From positions 1 to 64,000 of the forward strand of contig MQRK01246266.1 in the NCBI GenBank assembly GCA_001938485.1: 64,000 nucleotides of DNA, in the 5' to 3' direction. The notes under the pieces are model-generated. The model was not told where the DNA came from. It saw nothing but the letters and a program-made list of their open reading frames with translations, and searched no databases. The translations under genes and the position numbers were made by a program. Position 1 is the first letter of the stretch, and every line of letters starts with the position of its first letter. Shown piece by piece: positions 13,583 to 27,184 of the stretch. Source of the stretch: Girardia tigrina (Eukaryota).

Positions 13583-13623
<41 letters not shown>

Positions 13624-16600
13624 CTAAATTGCCAAAATATTGCATAACTTTAAATATACTTTGAATTAATAAAATTTGAAAACCAAATAAAAAATAATTA
13701 ATTTCCGATCTCATTAAAGTAAGTGAGAGAATATACCGTCAAAAAATAATCTTAAATTGTCTCGTAGGGATAAAAAGGATTTGATACCGAACGTATAAAT
13801 TATTGCTCCGTTTCTGACAAGAATAGGTTTCTTTACGATTTGTTGCTTGATTCTCAGTTAGATTCTTAGTTTTCTTTTGATGGATTATTTAGGTACGAGG
13901 TTCTGGGAACTGAAATAAGCAAATGTATATAGAATAGTTACTTTAATATGAATAATTTTGTCCGAGAAACGATTTTATATTATTGCTATTATATCCTCAT
14001 GCTCGGCAATTTTGTGAACGGAATATTCTTTCTTTTAACTCAAAGAAATAAAAGCGTTGTCGTCCGACGGTAAATAGCGATATAAAATAAGTTTTTAAAG
14101 TTTTCGATATTAAGTTTTTTAAGTTATCCATTTATCGATATTGCTTTATGCAATTTTTATAAATTAAATAATATAATATATAATAATAACAATAGGATAA
14201 TATTAAATAAAAAGTAAATTAAATAACACTAATATAAATATAATAATAATGCGAAATCTAATTATCAATATAAATATAATAATACTGATAACAGAGCCGG
14301 CACACTACTTGCGTGGCCGCGAGACTCCTGCATTGACATTTGGGGAAAATACTATTTATACCTCACCAAAAGTCGCATTAACTGGTAAATGGTGTAGCTG
14401 ATGTCGGCTCTCTCGGCACTTTTTTACACGCGTGACCACTGTCCAGCAGTCGCCTCAGTAATACATTCAGGGAATGTCGTCTCCTGGACCGATGTAACTC
14501 TCATCACTATCAGGACACAAATACATTAATACACTTTTAATTCAAAAAGCATATTTATCGTATTTTTTAAAAAAGATCCATCCGTTTAACTTCAATAAAA
14601 TAATCAACCTAACGTTTCAAAAAAATTCATTATTTTTGTTATATTTCAACAAGAATCAATGACAACTTTATTTTTTAACAAAACAATGATTCAACATCCT
14701 CTAAAAATTTTCAATTGACGTAAAGCAAACTTTATCATAAAAACTAATTAATTTAAATTTACAATAGACCCTTTCGTTAAAAAAATTATTTCTTAAATAT
14801 TGATCCGTTAATTATTTATTTAAAATTTATTTAAACTTATTTCAAGCGTTAAAATGAGAAATTATTTTAAGGTTTTGATTTTTTTTGTAAAAAAATTTAA
14901 AATTATTTTAAGATTTAAAAAGCACTTACTGTGCTTGTCCTCCACTCTTGTATCCACATTCTGATTTAAAAAAATAAATAATATTTATAAATATATTTAA
15001 ATATATTATATATAAATATTTTAAATATTTTAAATAAATAATAACGAATAGGATGAATTCGCTTCACATAAAATATTTTATTTTTTTAATATAAGTAAAA
15101 ATATCAAAAAACGGAAGTCCATTTTTTCAATACAGATTTTTAAACTTAAATTGATTGAAAAATCACTTTCTAGGAACGTTTTGATATTATAATTAGCGAA
15201 AAAATAGCTTTTCTTAATCTTTGTTGTGTTTTGAATGATTATAGTAAAATATTAATTAAATTGAATATCAATATTGTTATTTTTTAGCATATTCAATCAT
15301 CATTTAGAAAGAATAAATGTTTTAAAAAACAAAATCAATTATCCCAAATCTGAATTAATTGATTATTTTTTATTTTATTAGTGTTTTATTATTATTATGT
15401 ATAAGTTAAAATGTTAGTTTAAGAGGTGTATAATAATTTTTAATTGTATAATAATCAATATTTTTTTTAATTTTCCAGCTTGGCTTTGATTTGCATTTAC
15501 TAACTACGTTATGTTTTTTCAATACAAAATGAATAAACTTGAATGATTTTTTAAAATACATTTCTTATTGGTTGAAGTTCTTTTCATTACATATTAAATC
15601 CTGGAGTTAACAATGTGTGGTTATTAAATTATCAAATAAAATGATTTTCTATTTTGTTGATCTTGTAAAGAGTAATAATATTGTTATATATATTGACACC
15701 TTTTTATTCTTTTAAAAATCTCACATTTGATAAATAAAGTACCTATTATATATTTCTTGTATCTTTTTACTGTAAATGTTTTCATTTATTTATTTTGTGT
15801 ATTGTTTATTTATTTTTTTAAAATCGTGTTCGGGACAAAAAGAAAAGTGAAAATTAAGAATAATCAAAAAGAAAAGCCGAAAGAAAAAAAAGACAATGAT
15901 AATTTCCACCCTCGCAATAAAATATTTATGATTATAATATTAATTATGAGAATTGTTCAGAAAATTAAAAAATCAATAAAAGAATTATTATAGAGGAATT
16001 ACGAATTTTATAACTAGAATTTTTTTAAAAATGTGTTTCACAGCGGTCTGATTTGTCTAGTTCAAATGATCAGAAAATTTTAAATATCCGTCAAACAGTA
16101 AACAAATTTGGTGCGTCTAAAAAATGCAAAATAAGAAATCTATATATATATATATATTATTAATTTAATTAATGTATTTAGAGATTTATATAATTGTTAA
16201 ATAATTGTATAAAACGATTATTTATTTGGTGCATTATTTATGTTAGTTTCTAAATCTTTGAAGCCGGTACCGGAAATGAAAAAATGGCCGGAAAGCTGGT
16301 TGTCCGGAGCCGAAAACCGGTACATCCCTAAAATATCATTCTGTTCAAATCATTTGGGAATTAACAATTTTTTTTATTTTTTATACAATTTATAACTTTG
16401 TAAGAATATATAGAAATTGACTAAAAATATATATTTATTCCGTAACTTACAATCATCTAATAATCTAAAAATTATTTCAAAACCGCTGTGGTTCTACACT
16501 TAATTTCAATTAATCTAATAATTGTAAAATTACATTAAATTATGCTTTTATTTTTTTTATTGTTGTAAAACATAATAAAATTAGAAATAATAATAATAAA

Positions 16601-16898
16601 TTCATAATATTCAATAAAAATATTTTTATATTTTAATAATTAATGTATTTATGATAATATAATAAATAAACTCACGAAGCGGTTGAAGCAACAATTCTGA
16701 AGAGACATTATCAATATTGTTATCACCTTTATCGAACTCACTCTTCTTTATCTTCATAAACGTACATCTGCCAATCTATGTCCGAGGCAGAGTAAGATTC
16801 TATTAAGTTCTGGTGGGTCGTAACATTTGGAGATGAATTCGTAAATTCGAGATCTATTTGTCGAATGAGACCTTATAGAGATGAACCTTCTATGTCGT
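11300..16898 (-). pseudogene. Multi-exon relic gene with Ig-like domains (exon-like blocks 16676-16898, 14930-14960, 12790-13472, ~11300-11720)
   Basis: Blocks start after AG acceptors and the first three end in GTGAGT/GTAAGT donors. Peptides SVINC...LRWYRL, RLASSKPHRSDTYSC and SDLVLKDFSPHSGSKVTC. Multiple stops and frameshifts. Confidence 0.4.
16262..16330 (-). mobile_element. Orphan hAT-like terminus
   Basis: TAGGGATGTACCGG end with clustered CCGG subterminal motifs. Confidence 0.45.
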
Positions 16899-18215
16899 CT
16901 GAACATTATCACATTAAGAATTTTATGCACAAAAAAATTCTCTTACTTTTTTTACTAAAAGAATGTAATAGAACCACTGGAAAATGTGAATGAAAGTGAT
17001 TTATTTAAACAAACTTTCATTTTTATTGACAAATTTAAATAAATATTAAATTTTATTTAATTATATTATTATTTAATTTCATTTGAAACAACTTTATGTG
17101 ATTATGAGGAATTAGTTAAAATTTTCACTTCGCCAAAAATTTATGAACCGTTCAAGTATTTATAGATCACTGGATTTTTTCCATTTCGAACTGTAGCCTC
17201 TTATAAAACTTTAAAGGGTATTTTTGAGGCTTTAGTGGTATTTTGAAAATTGTGGATACCTCTAAGTATATGCATTCATTTGGGTTCCATTGCGAAGGAA
17301 AAAGGAACTGCAGGTGCATAATTATTTATAACGGCCTAAATTGCGGTCCTCTAAATCCTGAAAAAGGTCAGTATTCCTAAGCTCACGGATAATACGTCTA
17401 TCTCATGATTGTGGCTTTCTATCTAGATCTACATGAATGGCCTTCCACAATCTGCCTAGAAGGGCGTTAAAAGATGGCATGGGAGGTAGATGTTTGTTTT
17501 TATCCCACCTTCAACCGCATCGGGTTGATTATTGCAAGACGATCTTGGCACATCGAAACGAGATCTTTGGAACTTGTGATGGTACATATTCTGAAACCAA
17601 TAAATATTAATGTCGTCATAATTACTTTCGAGGTTTTTAAATATGATAATTACTATTATATATAAATTATCAAAGTAAAATAAAAATTATCAGAGTTGTT
17701 GCTGTCGTTCTTTGTTATTTTTATACCTCTGTTGTGTTTATGTACACATCTGGCAGGTATTTCCCCAGAGTGGTACGATATCAGTTTAAAGTCTTTAATT
17801 TATATTTTTTATAAATGTACACCATTGAATATATTATCAAGATTATCAACCCGAAAACTCCTACACTGTATAGGGCTCTAAGGTTATGAATGTAGGCTTT
17901 CTATTGTATGCTTGCCTTTTTAAGATCGTTGCCTTTTTAACAAATTTGAAAATCCAGAATGAGAAAATTTTTGTCAAAAAATTGTTTTATTACTTTGACG
18001 AATTGTCATGAAAAATTTCTTTCTACACACACAAACACTCCAATCACATTCACGTAGAAATGCATCAATTACAGTTTACACACATACAATCATATTCATA
18101 TTTACATAACCAAACACACATTCACATTATACACACACATATCAAACTGTCGATTGGTTCATTTAAATGAACAAAGACAACTTACATACATTTACCAACC
18201 TTATTATTTATATAT

Positions 18216-18620
18216 GCATTTTACCAACACTTGTTCCCAAATCTACATGTTCCTTTTTAGAAGTATAAACACTCCTTTCGTTTAATTTTGTCCGCGTTAT
18301 CACCGCTTTCCGTTAGAAAAATTTTGTTTTTTGTGGTGAATCCAGACCGAATAAGCTTTCGTATGCTGTTCTCCTGTAGTCTGCTTCTTCTTCTAGTCAT
18401 ACTGCCAGCGATGCAACTCCAGAATCTCTTTTTGAAGATTGTGCTACGCAGTTGCGACGATCCATCGCCACAGTCATGCGTATTTGCCTCAGGGTACTGG
18501 GAAAAAGAAAAATTATTGCCCCCTCATTGTGTGAACCCGATCCTAGAGACGACCGCATCCTTTAATAACCATCCGTTTCCAGATCATGCAGTTCTGATCC
18601 GTAGAGACAGGGACTCGTGA
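18216..18620 (-). pseudogene. Degraded ORF ending in a CCCH zinc finger
   Basis: KECLYF*KGTCRFGNKCW followed by a frameshifted MH: C-x7-C-x5-C-x3-H spacing with the typical CRFG core. Confidence 0.5.
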
Positions 18621-20329
18621 ACTCTAGTGTTAGCATATTTCATTATAATATTCTAGCATGCGCTAATTTTTTTCCAATAGAATCATTAAAATTAAACGTT
18701 AAATTCTTCATTAATTCTAATCTCTATTTACAAATTGAGCAAAATAGATCCTAAAACGAAAAATTTATTTTTAAGAAAACAAATTCACCATTTTTTTTAA
18801 AACAAATTTTTAACATAACTTCTATGATTTAAACAAATGCTCACTTTGAATTATACTTTTAATTTTTATCTTATTTTAATTTGCTAATAATTACTTTTAA
18901 TCCAACAATTAATATTTTTACATTCAATTTACAAACGAAATTCTTCCTTTAAAAAATTTTATACAGTTAAAAAATTTTTTAAAAATGTTTATACAAATTC
19001 TCACAATAAATAAAGTAAATTTATAATAACTGAATTCAAATAACTGAATATTTTGAACGCCATTTTAAAGTCACAATAGATCACCCGACGGCTCTTCTCA
19101 TCAAAATATTATCTTTCATTCTCAAATTCACCCTTCGTCTCCTTATTCTTTCTAACTATCTCTTTCGATTTCCAGTCCGATACTCCTCCAGTCCCTGCGA
19201 CGCTACTGTAACCTGACATACACCCTCAACGGAATCAAAATTAGACAGAAAAATGAACAAGAAAAGGGCGATTAAAACTGACATACCCATTCGATTCTTG
19301 AACATCTAGTACATTAACCATATTTAACACAATATCTAAAATGTAAAACCACGTTTCATTACAAGGAAACGGATTACATATAAAATCAAGCAGCTTTCTA
19401 AGTTTGGTATTTTTCAGTTTTCATAAAAGAATTTTAACTGCTAGGAAAACCTTAACCTAAGGTTCACTATATAATGTATTCAATTTCGGTTCTGCCGAAT
19501 ATAATGCATGGAAGTTTATATGTCAATAATTAATATTCTCATTTTTTATTTATTATAATGTGACAACGGATTTCTTTTTTATTGTTTAAAATTTGCCTAA
19601 AATTAGCAGACATTTGTTGATATTGACCTAATATGGAAAAACCGGTTAACCTTTAGATAAACCTTTTATACATTATTTTATTGGTACTTTTTTTCAAACT
19701 AAAATTATTTATAATTTTCATAATTTTATTTATAATAAATAACAAAACAGACACATTTAAAATAACCCGAAAAACACTATATATATTTAGATCGTTCATT
19801 TATAAAAAAATTGTCAACAATAATTCAGGTCGTTCAAATTTTAACATCGTAAATTAATTCAATTCAAATCAATTAAATATCATGACACACCCTGGGAACC
19901 TGCCATAGACCCAGCAAACTGGAATAATATCCAAAACTTGCAAAACATCACAATGCAAACGACTGACACTGAGGAACCTGATCCAATTTCCAGTGAATCA
20001 ATCACAAACCGAAAAACCAAAAAGAAAAAGAAAAAGAAGGCACTACTTAACACCACGTAGTCAATACATTTCCTAGTTATTTCTTGCGAGAAGAAATAAC
20101 TCTTCGTCGTAGCGAAACGAAGGCAGAGGCGCAAACCATTAGCTGGTCATCCAGATATCTTCGGATTTCTGGCATTCAGATTTCTGCCATAAACTCGAAT
20201 ATTGAAAATTAAATTTAACTATCTGATTTATTGTTTGTTTTGATCTTCTGAATGATTAATCTTCTGAATCATTATGATCATTGAAACTTCTATACTTCAA
20301 AGCTTCCGCATCCATAAAATTGCCTTAGG

Positions 20330-20700
20330 TATTTGAAGTAACCAAAATACCAGAAAATTTCCAAGAGATATTGGTGATTACTGTTCCGGTGTACAAGAGG
20401 GTATCAATCGAAATAAAAGAATACGAAGCTCGTTTGCGAGAGACTTTTCAGAAGAAAAGTACATTAATGGAAGATTTTGAAGAGACTCTAACTTCGAAAG
20501 TTCGGAAGAATCAGCTGAGGAGTATTTTACAGAGGCAAGGAAGCTAGGTGTAAACCTAGCAAAACATAAATAATTGATAAGAAATTGAAAGATGTTTTCT
20601 GATTCACGAGTCGAGAAATAGTGATATAAAGGAGATCAAATTTAGAGAAAAGAAGTAAGAGAGTTGAAGAACGTCGTTAAGAAAGAAAAAATACTAATAT
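20330..20700 (+). mobile_element. Retrotransposon gag-like fragment
   Basis: EYEARLRETF and ESAEEYFTEARKLG resemble the gag major homology region; frameshifted. Confidence 0.4.
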
Positions 20701-21649
20701 AGGCCAATGTAATGATGTTTTCTTTCATAATGGCTCCTTACATTGATGCATTAGGAGCCAACAGTGTTTCTTCTTTATTGCTGACGGGGCTGGTCACGAT
20801 TTTAGAAGTTATCTGTTTAATTAATCCAGGACGTTTTTGAAACGCTCGACGATCGAATTTTAATTATAATAAAGGGCTCTTTGTTTGATCCTCATTCCAT
20901 TGATCTTAACCTGAAGATTTGATTTGTTGTTGACTAAATGTATTTTTCGATAGTTGGCCTGTGTACTGACATTGAATTTCTTTTATAGTCCATATTCGGC
21001 CACCATTTACTATAAATGTTTCATCAGAACCTCGTTTTTTTCTTTTATTTTTGTAGCTCCTGCATCAATTCCTCGTTCTGATCCTGTCCTTCATTTTCAT
21101 TTATTAATTTCTCCATATTCTTGCTAAACGAACTAGATTATGACGATTAATATTAAAAACAGTAAACAAGAACTGAGTTTGATGGAAGTTGGACGAATCG
21201 AGTCTTTTTTTACATAACATTGTCTTATGATATTATCAGGATTTCACTGGAGTTTTTACTCTGTTCAACTACCTGCTCGTTAACAGTTTCAGCAGGTAGT
21301 ATAAGTAACTGCCGTTATCAATCGACTCACGGGCGTCCATAATTATTTTTATAAAAACGATATTAACAACCTTTTAGAAAATATCATCTTTTCTTCAGGG
21401 CTACGCCGTTGAAAGTCAAAATTCTCGGAATGCTCTATGAGCACCTGCTGTTACCTATTAAAAGATCAGCACATATAATTGTTCTGCATATCAAATCTTA
21501 CTAAATCCACAAGAATACAAATACAATAAATTACCCAAAATAAATAAACTTTGTTTTAAAAATAATTTATTCACTCAAATTTTGCTGTATCGAATTCACT
21601 TTTATACTAAAATCTAATAAAACCAAAAACAAAATAAAAAACAAACCTC

Positions 21650-21960
21650 ACCCAATTGAGACCATTGTGGTGGTGCAAGAGCGGGCGCAGCGTGGTGGCT
21701 GCGGCGTGTTGGTATTGGGGGATGATCTGCGGGACGCAGGGGGCTTAAATTCATAATCTCACCGGGGAGGAAGCTCAGACTCGCAATCCGCGACACTGTC
21801 GAGATGAACACGGACGCCCATTTATTATCATTCCTCTGCTGATCAGGAGGAACACCTTCTTTCTCCTGGATCTTGGCCTTGATGTCGTCCATTGAGTCGT
21901 TTTGTTGAACCTCCAAAGTAATGGTTTTTTCCTGAAATCGTCCGGATGAATATTTGTATC
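21650..21960 (-). pseudogene. Divergent ubiquitin-like domain, frameshifted, inside an exon-like block
   Basis: [48 protein letters not shown] aligns to ubiquitin residues ~1-48 with two +1 frameshifts. No di-Gly C-terminus. GC-rich tail ends at a GTGAG donor. Confidence 0.8.
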
Positions 21961-22759
21961 TTTTGAAGATGTTTCATTGCTGGGTTGGCAATTTCGCACC
22001 TAATAATTTCACACAATCATTCAAATTTTCATCAAATAATGAACCCCGAGTGACGGATCCAAACCGAGTGCTGGGCCCGATTTTTAAACGGCAGGATCTA
22101 TCACTCAAGACTCAACAATCCTTCAAAACAAACACAATGATCACAATCAGAAACAAACAACACATTCGATGAAAATTCTATCATATCCCCCCAGCAATTA
22201 TGTTGTCGATTTCTAACTTGTGTATGGTTATTTAATCCTTCAAAAAATTTTGTTTCTATTATTTATTTTATAAAAGATTTCATGCAAACATACATTCATC
22301 ATTCCATCAGACATGCTCGCATATTCTACCATCAGGGGGATGAATGCTCGAGACTCAAAAAACTTAAGCCCACAACACCAGAGCGCCGCAACCATGCTCT
22401 GCTACCAGATATTTTAAAAATACGATATTTTAAAAACAATTTATATTTTTTTAATTATGTTCCACCACTTCAAAAAAATTCAAAAAAATTGTTGAACGTA
22501 AATGAGTAAAATAGACATTTTCCGAAAAAAATACAATGGACACTTCAAAATTGCGGTATAAAACTATTTTATTTTACCTTTGTTATTTAAATTTGACTTT
22601 ACATGTGAGATTCATATAAATATTATATTTTGTCTATTCCTTCTAAGAAGTAAGAGCTTTACTATAAAAAATAAATAAAATACTCAAAAACCGTTTGAGA
22701 TAATTAGTTAATAACTTGACTGAATTATCTTTTTTTATGTTCCCATAAAAGTCGAAAAA

Positions 22760-23330
22760 CCCGTTATGGTCTCTTTAGACCCAATTATACAGAGTTGATA
22801 CCAATATTAAAAAGCAGCACACTAAGAGGGCAATCATGCCTATCTCGAACACATGGGAACAGGATCCTTACGAGTTTTGCTACATTTAAATGAAGATGAT
22901 CAACTATTGTATAGTTTGGAGATGAGCTTCAAATGGACGTAAATGCACCTATTATGTGATATAATGTTTCATCAAACAGTTTAAAAGGATCTTGTTTTTT
23001 TGCTATAACGAGGATTCTAAGCCAATGTAATAAAACCGAATCTAACGGAGGAGATGTTTATAAAATATTTAGTCCTAAATTTCTTTCTAAAACCGGAATA
23101 TATTTGCCGATCTTTTGAATGTTTCCTTTATTTCTTTTCTGGATACTGGCAAATATGACACAACCGATGTGAGACTCTTTAATCATAAGCCGCTCAGGCG
23201 TACCTTTATATCCATATTTGATTTATAACAAGAGAAGGCTCTTGACAATTCCTTTGACAACAGGCAGTTGATTTATATTGCGTTTTCTTTAATGCTCATT
23301 TTTATTAGTGAAATGCTGTATTATTATCGT
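22760..23330 (+). pseudogene. Possible divergent ionotropic receptor (IR/iGluR-like) S2 plus last TM relic
   Basis: RPNYTELIPILKSSTLR...FLSKTGIYLPIF*...LDTGKYD...LIYIAFSLMLIFISEMLYYYR follows the order of IR S2 start, KxSxYLxxF/LxxxG and final TM FIxE motifs. Stops and a frameshift present. Confidence 0.3.
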
Positions 23331-24075
23331 CTATCATTCTCGTTTATTATTTTTTTTAATTTATTTTTAATTTATTTTTTTACTCATTAATGCTTTATTG
23401 GATCAAAAGTTCAATTATAAACTTTCGTTCGGTTCCTGGGTTAACACTCAATTAGTTTGATTTTCACTGTAATAATTATTTAAAGGTAATGCGCGTCCTG
23501 TAGCGTTTATGATTTTGTATTCGACACTCGTGACTATGATTTTTAAATAAATTGTGGACTTTATAAAAATAAATAATAAATGAAAAAATTTAAGCAAAAT
23601 TATAATTAAAATAAACAACCACAACGCAATAGATTTTAATTTTGATTGGTCAGCTAATCGACATTATTTATTTATTTTTTCTACAATGAATGAAAATAAT
23701 TCCAAGAAAATCACGTTTAATAATATCAAATCGAAATCTCACGAGTAAAACCGACATCTATTTTTATTTCAAATTACCAAATTTTTTAAATTCAATGATT
23801 TGAAAATTCTATCGTTTCATTTTTTTACAGAACTATGATCGATTTAAACTATCGTCATTTATTTTTTTTGAATGCGCCAATTAAAAAGCGAATTTCATTA
23901 GTGAAATCATTTTCAATAAAGAAAAAAAAAACAAAGCGTTCAAATTTAAATATCGATCTTAACATATGTAAAATTTATCTACTAAATGAAAATCATAATC
24001 AAATAGAAATTGATTTATTGAAAGAAGTTAACGAACTATAAACAGCAACTTTTTGATCATCAAGATTGTATATAT

Positions 24076-24113
<38 letters not shown>

Positions 24114-24165
24114 NNNNNNNNNNNNNNNNNNNNNNNNNNNNNNNNNNNNNNNNNNNNNNNNNNAT

Positions 24166-24211
<46 letters not shown>

Positions 24212-25188
24212 GATAAAAAAATAAAAGGAGGGCAGTTGTCATGGAATCCTTTCGAAATCTTTCGTTTTTAGAAATTCATCTGATGGTATTTTGCAGAATC
24301 AAATCGCTTCATGTGATGCTTGTTGTGCGATGGGATAGATAAAAAGAATAATTAAATGTCATGTCGATCTGAAATTTTCTATCGATTTATTTTTTAAAAT
24401 TAAAACCTTTGTATGTTTTATTGTTTTATCATTACACAATTGAAACTTTTTATTCATATTTTAGATGAAATTGTTCACTTATCGACAATTTTGTTGTAAA
24501 TTTTCCGCGGTAAAGTCGTCTCACCCAATATCGTATGACTCAACCCGGGAATTTCATAGTTACATTATTCGATCTTACTCCACTTTTACATTCTCGAGTT
24601 CTTCTCTACTTGCAGCTGATTTATGAGACCACTTTTCATTTCAAAAATCTCTCACAAAATATTTTTTACTCATAAAAGTTCTTTTTCCAAATGAAATTCT
24701 GATTTTAATATTGTCGATATTTCCGGTCGTCAACTATTGAACGATCTATGGATTCACGCGATTCCAACGGTGAGAGAGAAAAGGAAATGGAGACAGAAAT
24801 GACAACAACAAAGTGCTAATTTATTTATTATTCCAGAAATATAATAAAAATGTTTATCCAAAAATTATCCCAAATTAATTTTTAATTGAAATTATATTAT
24901 CTTTTGGTATATTTTCAATTTATAGCATTTGTTGTAGAGATGGCTTATTAAACTTAAGTTTGGCACTGCTTGCAGATGTCGAATGGAGAGTTGTAGTTCA
25001 TTGAACATCGAGAGAGTAGACTTGTGGAGCGTCGAAGTATAGTGGAGGGATTATAACAGGTGGTAATCTGGGGGCTCAAAGCATCACAAGGTGTTCTGAG
25101 GCGTCAAGTTATCATCACAAAACAAAGGCGATTTCGGCATATATTTTTTAAGTATGTTAAAATTAAACATAACGAAGGAATTACTATT

Positions 25189-25503
25189 TGTTGAAGGGAT
25201 TTTTGATTTATGCAGGATTTTGGAGATAAATTAAATGGAAAAAAAACTCTTAATACACCAAACATTTATTCAAGAACAAAATTAATTTCAATATTTATTT
25301 TACACTGTTTTATACATTTCCATTTATTAATTAATTAATTTATGAATCTGTCAGAAACATTTGTTAAGACACGGGTAAGGGAGAAACACTTTCCCTTACT
25401 CTACTACTGTGCTTAACAAAAGAAGACAATAAATCTTCTATTAATTTGTTTAATCTCATATGGAGTTAATTAAGTAAAATCTCTTTCGGTTTTAAATCTA
25501 ACA
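25189..25503 (+). mobile_element. Short solo-LTR-like repeat related to family A
   Basis: TGTTGAAGG...CTAACA ends; 12-bp stem hairpin at 25373-25401 followed by TAC. Confidence 0.45.
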
Positions 25504-25826
25504 AATAATCAATGTTTATTCAATTAACAATAATGCAAGACGATATGAATAAAATTTATTTATAATATAAACAATGTTATACAATTTATTGAAAGGAAAT
25601 AAAAATATAAGAGGATATCCCATATGTGAATTGTAGTTAGAGCGCTTCGAAAACACCGTTTCAGAGCGTTCAACAATTTAATAAATACTGATTATTAGTT
25701 TACTATAAATTCAAATTAATGATTTTATTTAATTAAATTTTAGGATAATTTAGTTTAAAAGGGAAATGCAATAACCTCGTGATAGTAATCCTTCTAAATC
25801 CTAAACTTGTCGGAAAGGAGTTCGCT

Positions 25827-25949
25827 AAATCGAATTCTCAAGTTCCAATAACTTGCAAAATTGAATCCACAATATTCCAATAAACGTGCAAAATTGAATC
25901 CCAAAATTCCAATAAACTTGTAAAATTGAACCTCAAAATTCTAATAAAC
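25827..25949. repeat. Minisatellite, ~32-bp unit x4
   Basis: Repeated AAAATTGAATCCCAAAATTCCAATAAACTTG-like unit. Confidence 0.8.
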
Positions 25950-26799
25950 TGATCGAGGGAATGATCTCCACGCGGTTAAAACTGTAAGAAAATTATGAAA
26001 TTACACTTGAGAGAAAATTTTACCTGTAAGAAAATAATGAAATTACACTTTGAAGTACTTTATCAATTATTTTATACTATCTCAAAAAGATGCGTGGCTT
26101 AGCAAGGATACTGGTTACGCGTGTAAGAAAATGGATTACGGATGCGTGGCCGGCTTTGAACGCTTAGAATATGCGTGGCTTAGAAAATAAAAATATGTGT
26201 GGTCGTACAAGAAATCACGGCAAATAAACGCGTGGCTCAACTTTTTACGTGCAGCGATGCGCTTCCAATAACTCGCGCGCAGAAAAAATGGATTACGCAT
26301 GACCACGCATCATGCGTGAATGCATCATATAATAATAATAATTTTAAAATAAATAATAAAATATTTAAATTAAATTATTTTATACAAGAATATAAATAAT
26401 AACATAATACTGCTTATTAGATTCTTGTTCACAAGACATTATAACGAACACCAAAATTTATTTCTATAACAATTTGAATTTTTTAAACAAATATTTTTGA
26501 GGAACTTTTGTACTTTCTTTTTTTACACAACCAATATAAATAAAAATAGATATAAATAAAAATATGATTCGTATATTTTTACAAATTAAAATTCAATATT
26601 TCCTTAATAAAAAATATAGTGAATTAAAATTTTGTCACAAAGATTTTGTCGCGTCTTTTATTAATTTTTCAATTTTATGGAACATTTAAATTTTCCTGTT
26701 TCTCAATTACATTTTTCAAAAAAAATTAAAATCGCATTTTTTATTTAAGTCGATTTAATGGTTCTACAATTATTTTTTACTTTCAATTTTAATTTCCAA

Positions 26800-26915
26800 A
26801 AAATTATAATTACATTTTCTAAAAAAATTATAACTACATTTTACAAAATAAATTATAATTACATTTTACAAAATAAATTATAATTACATTTTACAAAAAT
26901 TTATAACCACATTTT
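26800..26915. repeat. Minisatellite, ~25-bp unit x5, next to a gap
   Basis: AAATTATAATTACATTTTACAAAAT repeated. Confidence 0.85.
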
Positions 26916-27184
26916 AAATTTATTTTGATTTAAAAATTANNNNNNNNNNNNNNNNNNNNNNNNNNNNNNNNNNNNNNNNNNNNNNNNNNNNNNNNNNNNN
27001 NNNNNNNNNNNNNNNNNNNNNNNNNNNNNNNNNNNNNNNNNTTAAATTTCTGAAATCTTATTTTATCATATCTATAACAATATTTTACGGAATTTAATTG
27101 TTTGTTTAATAAATTGATAAAATACAAAAATTTTATATTTTATGAACGTTCCCAACACTGCTTATATAAATAACAATGTTACGC

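Noticed and set aside
13493-13714. YIYIYI ORFs here and near 24053, 45226, 47107 and 49590
   Set aside because: Artifacts of (TA)n tracts and N-gaps.
14335-14352. TTTCCCCAAATGT match to U1 snRNA stem III on the - strand
   Set aside because: No ATACTTACCTG 5' end and no Sm site.
5423-23330. Nuclear stop-codon reassignment as an explanation for the many stop-interrupted frames
   Set aside because: TAA, TAG and TGA all occur along with frameshifts, and the GLYCTK exons contain no in-frame stops; pseudogene decay is simpler.
24220-24270. IKGGQL peptide as the missing GLYCTK exon
   Set aside because: No upstream ELN..RK motif, no suitable splice sites, followed by a stop.
25827-25949. CRISPR-like ~32-bp repeats
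   Set aside because: Head-to-tail tandem units with no unique spacers, no cas genes, eukaryotic context.
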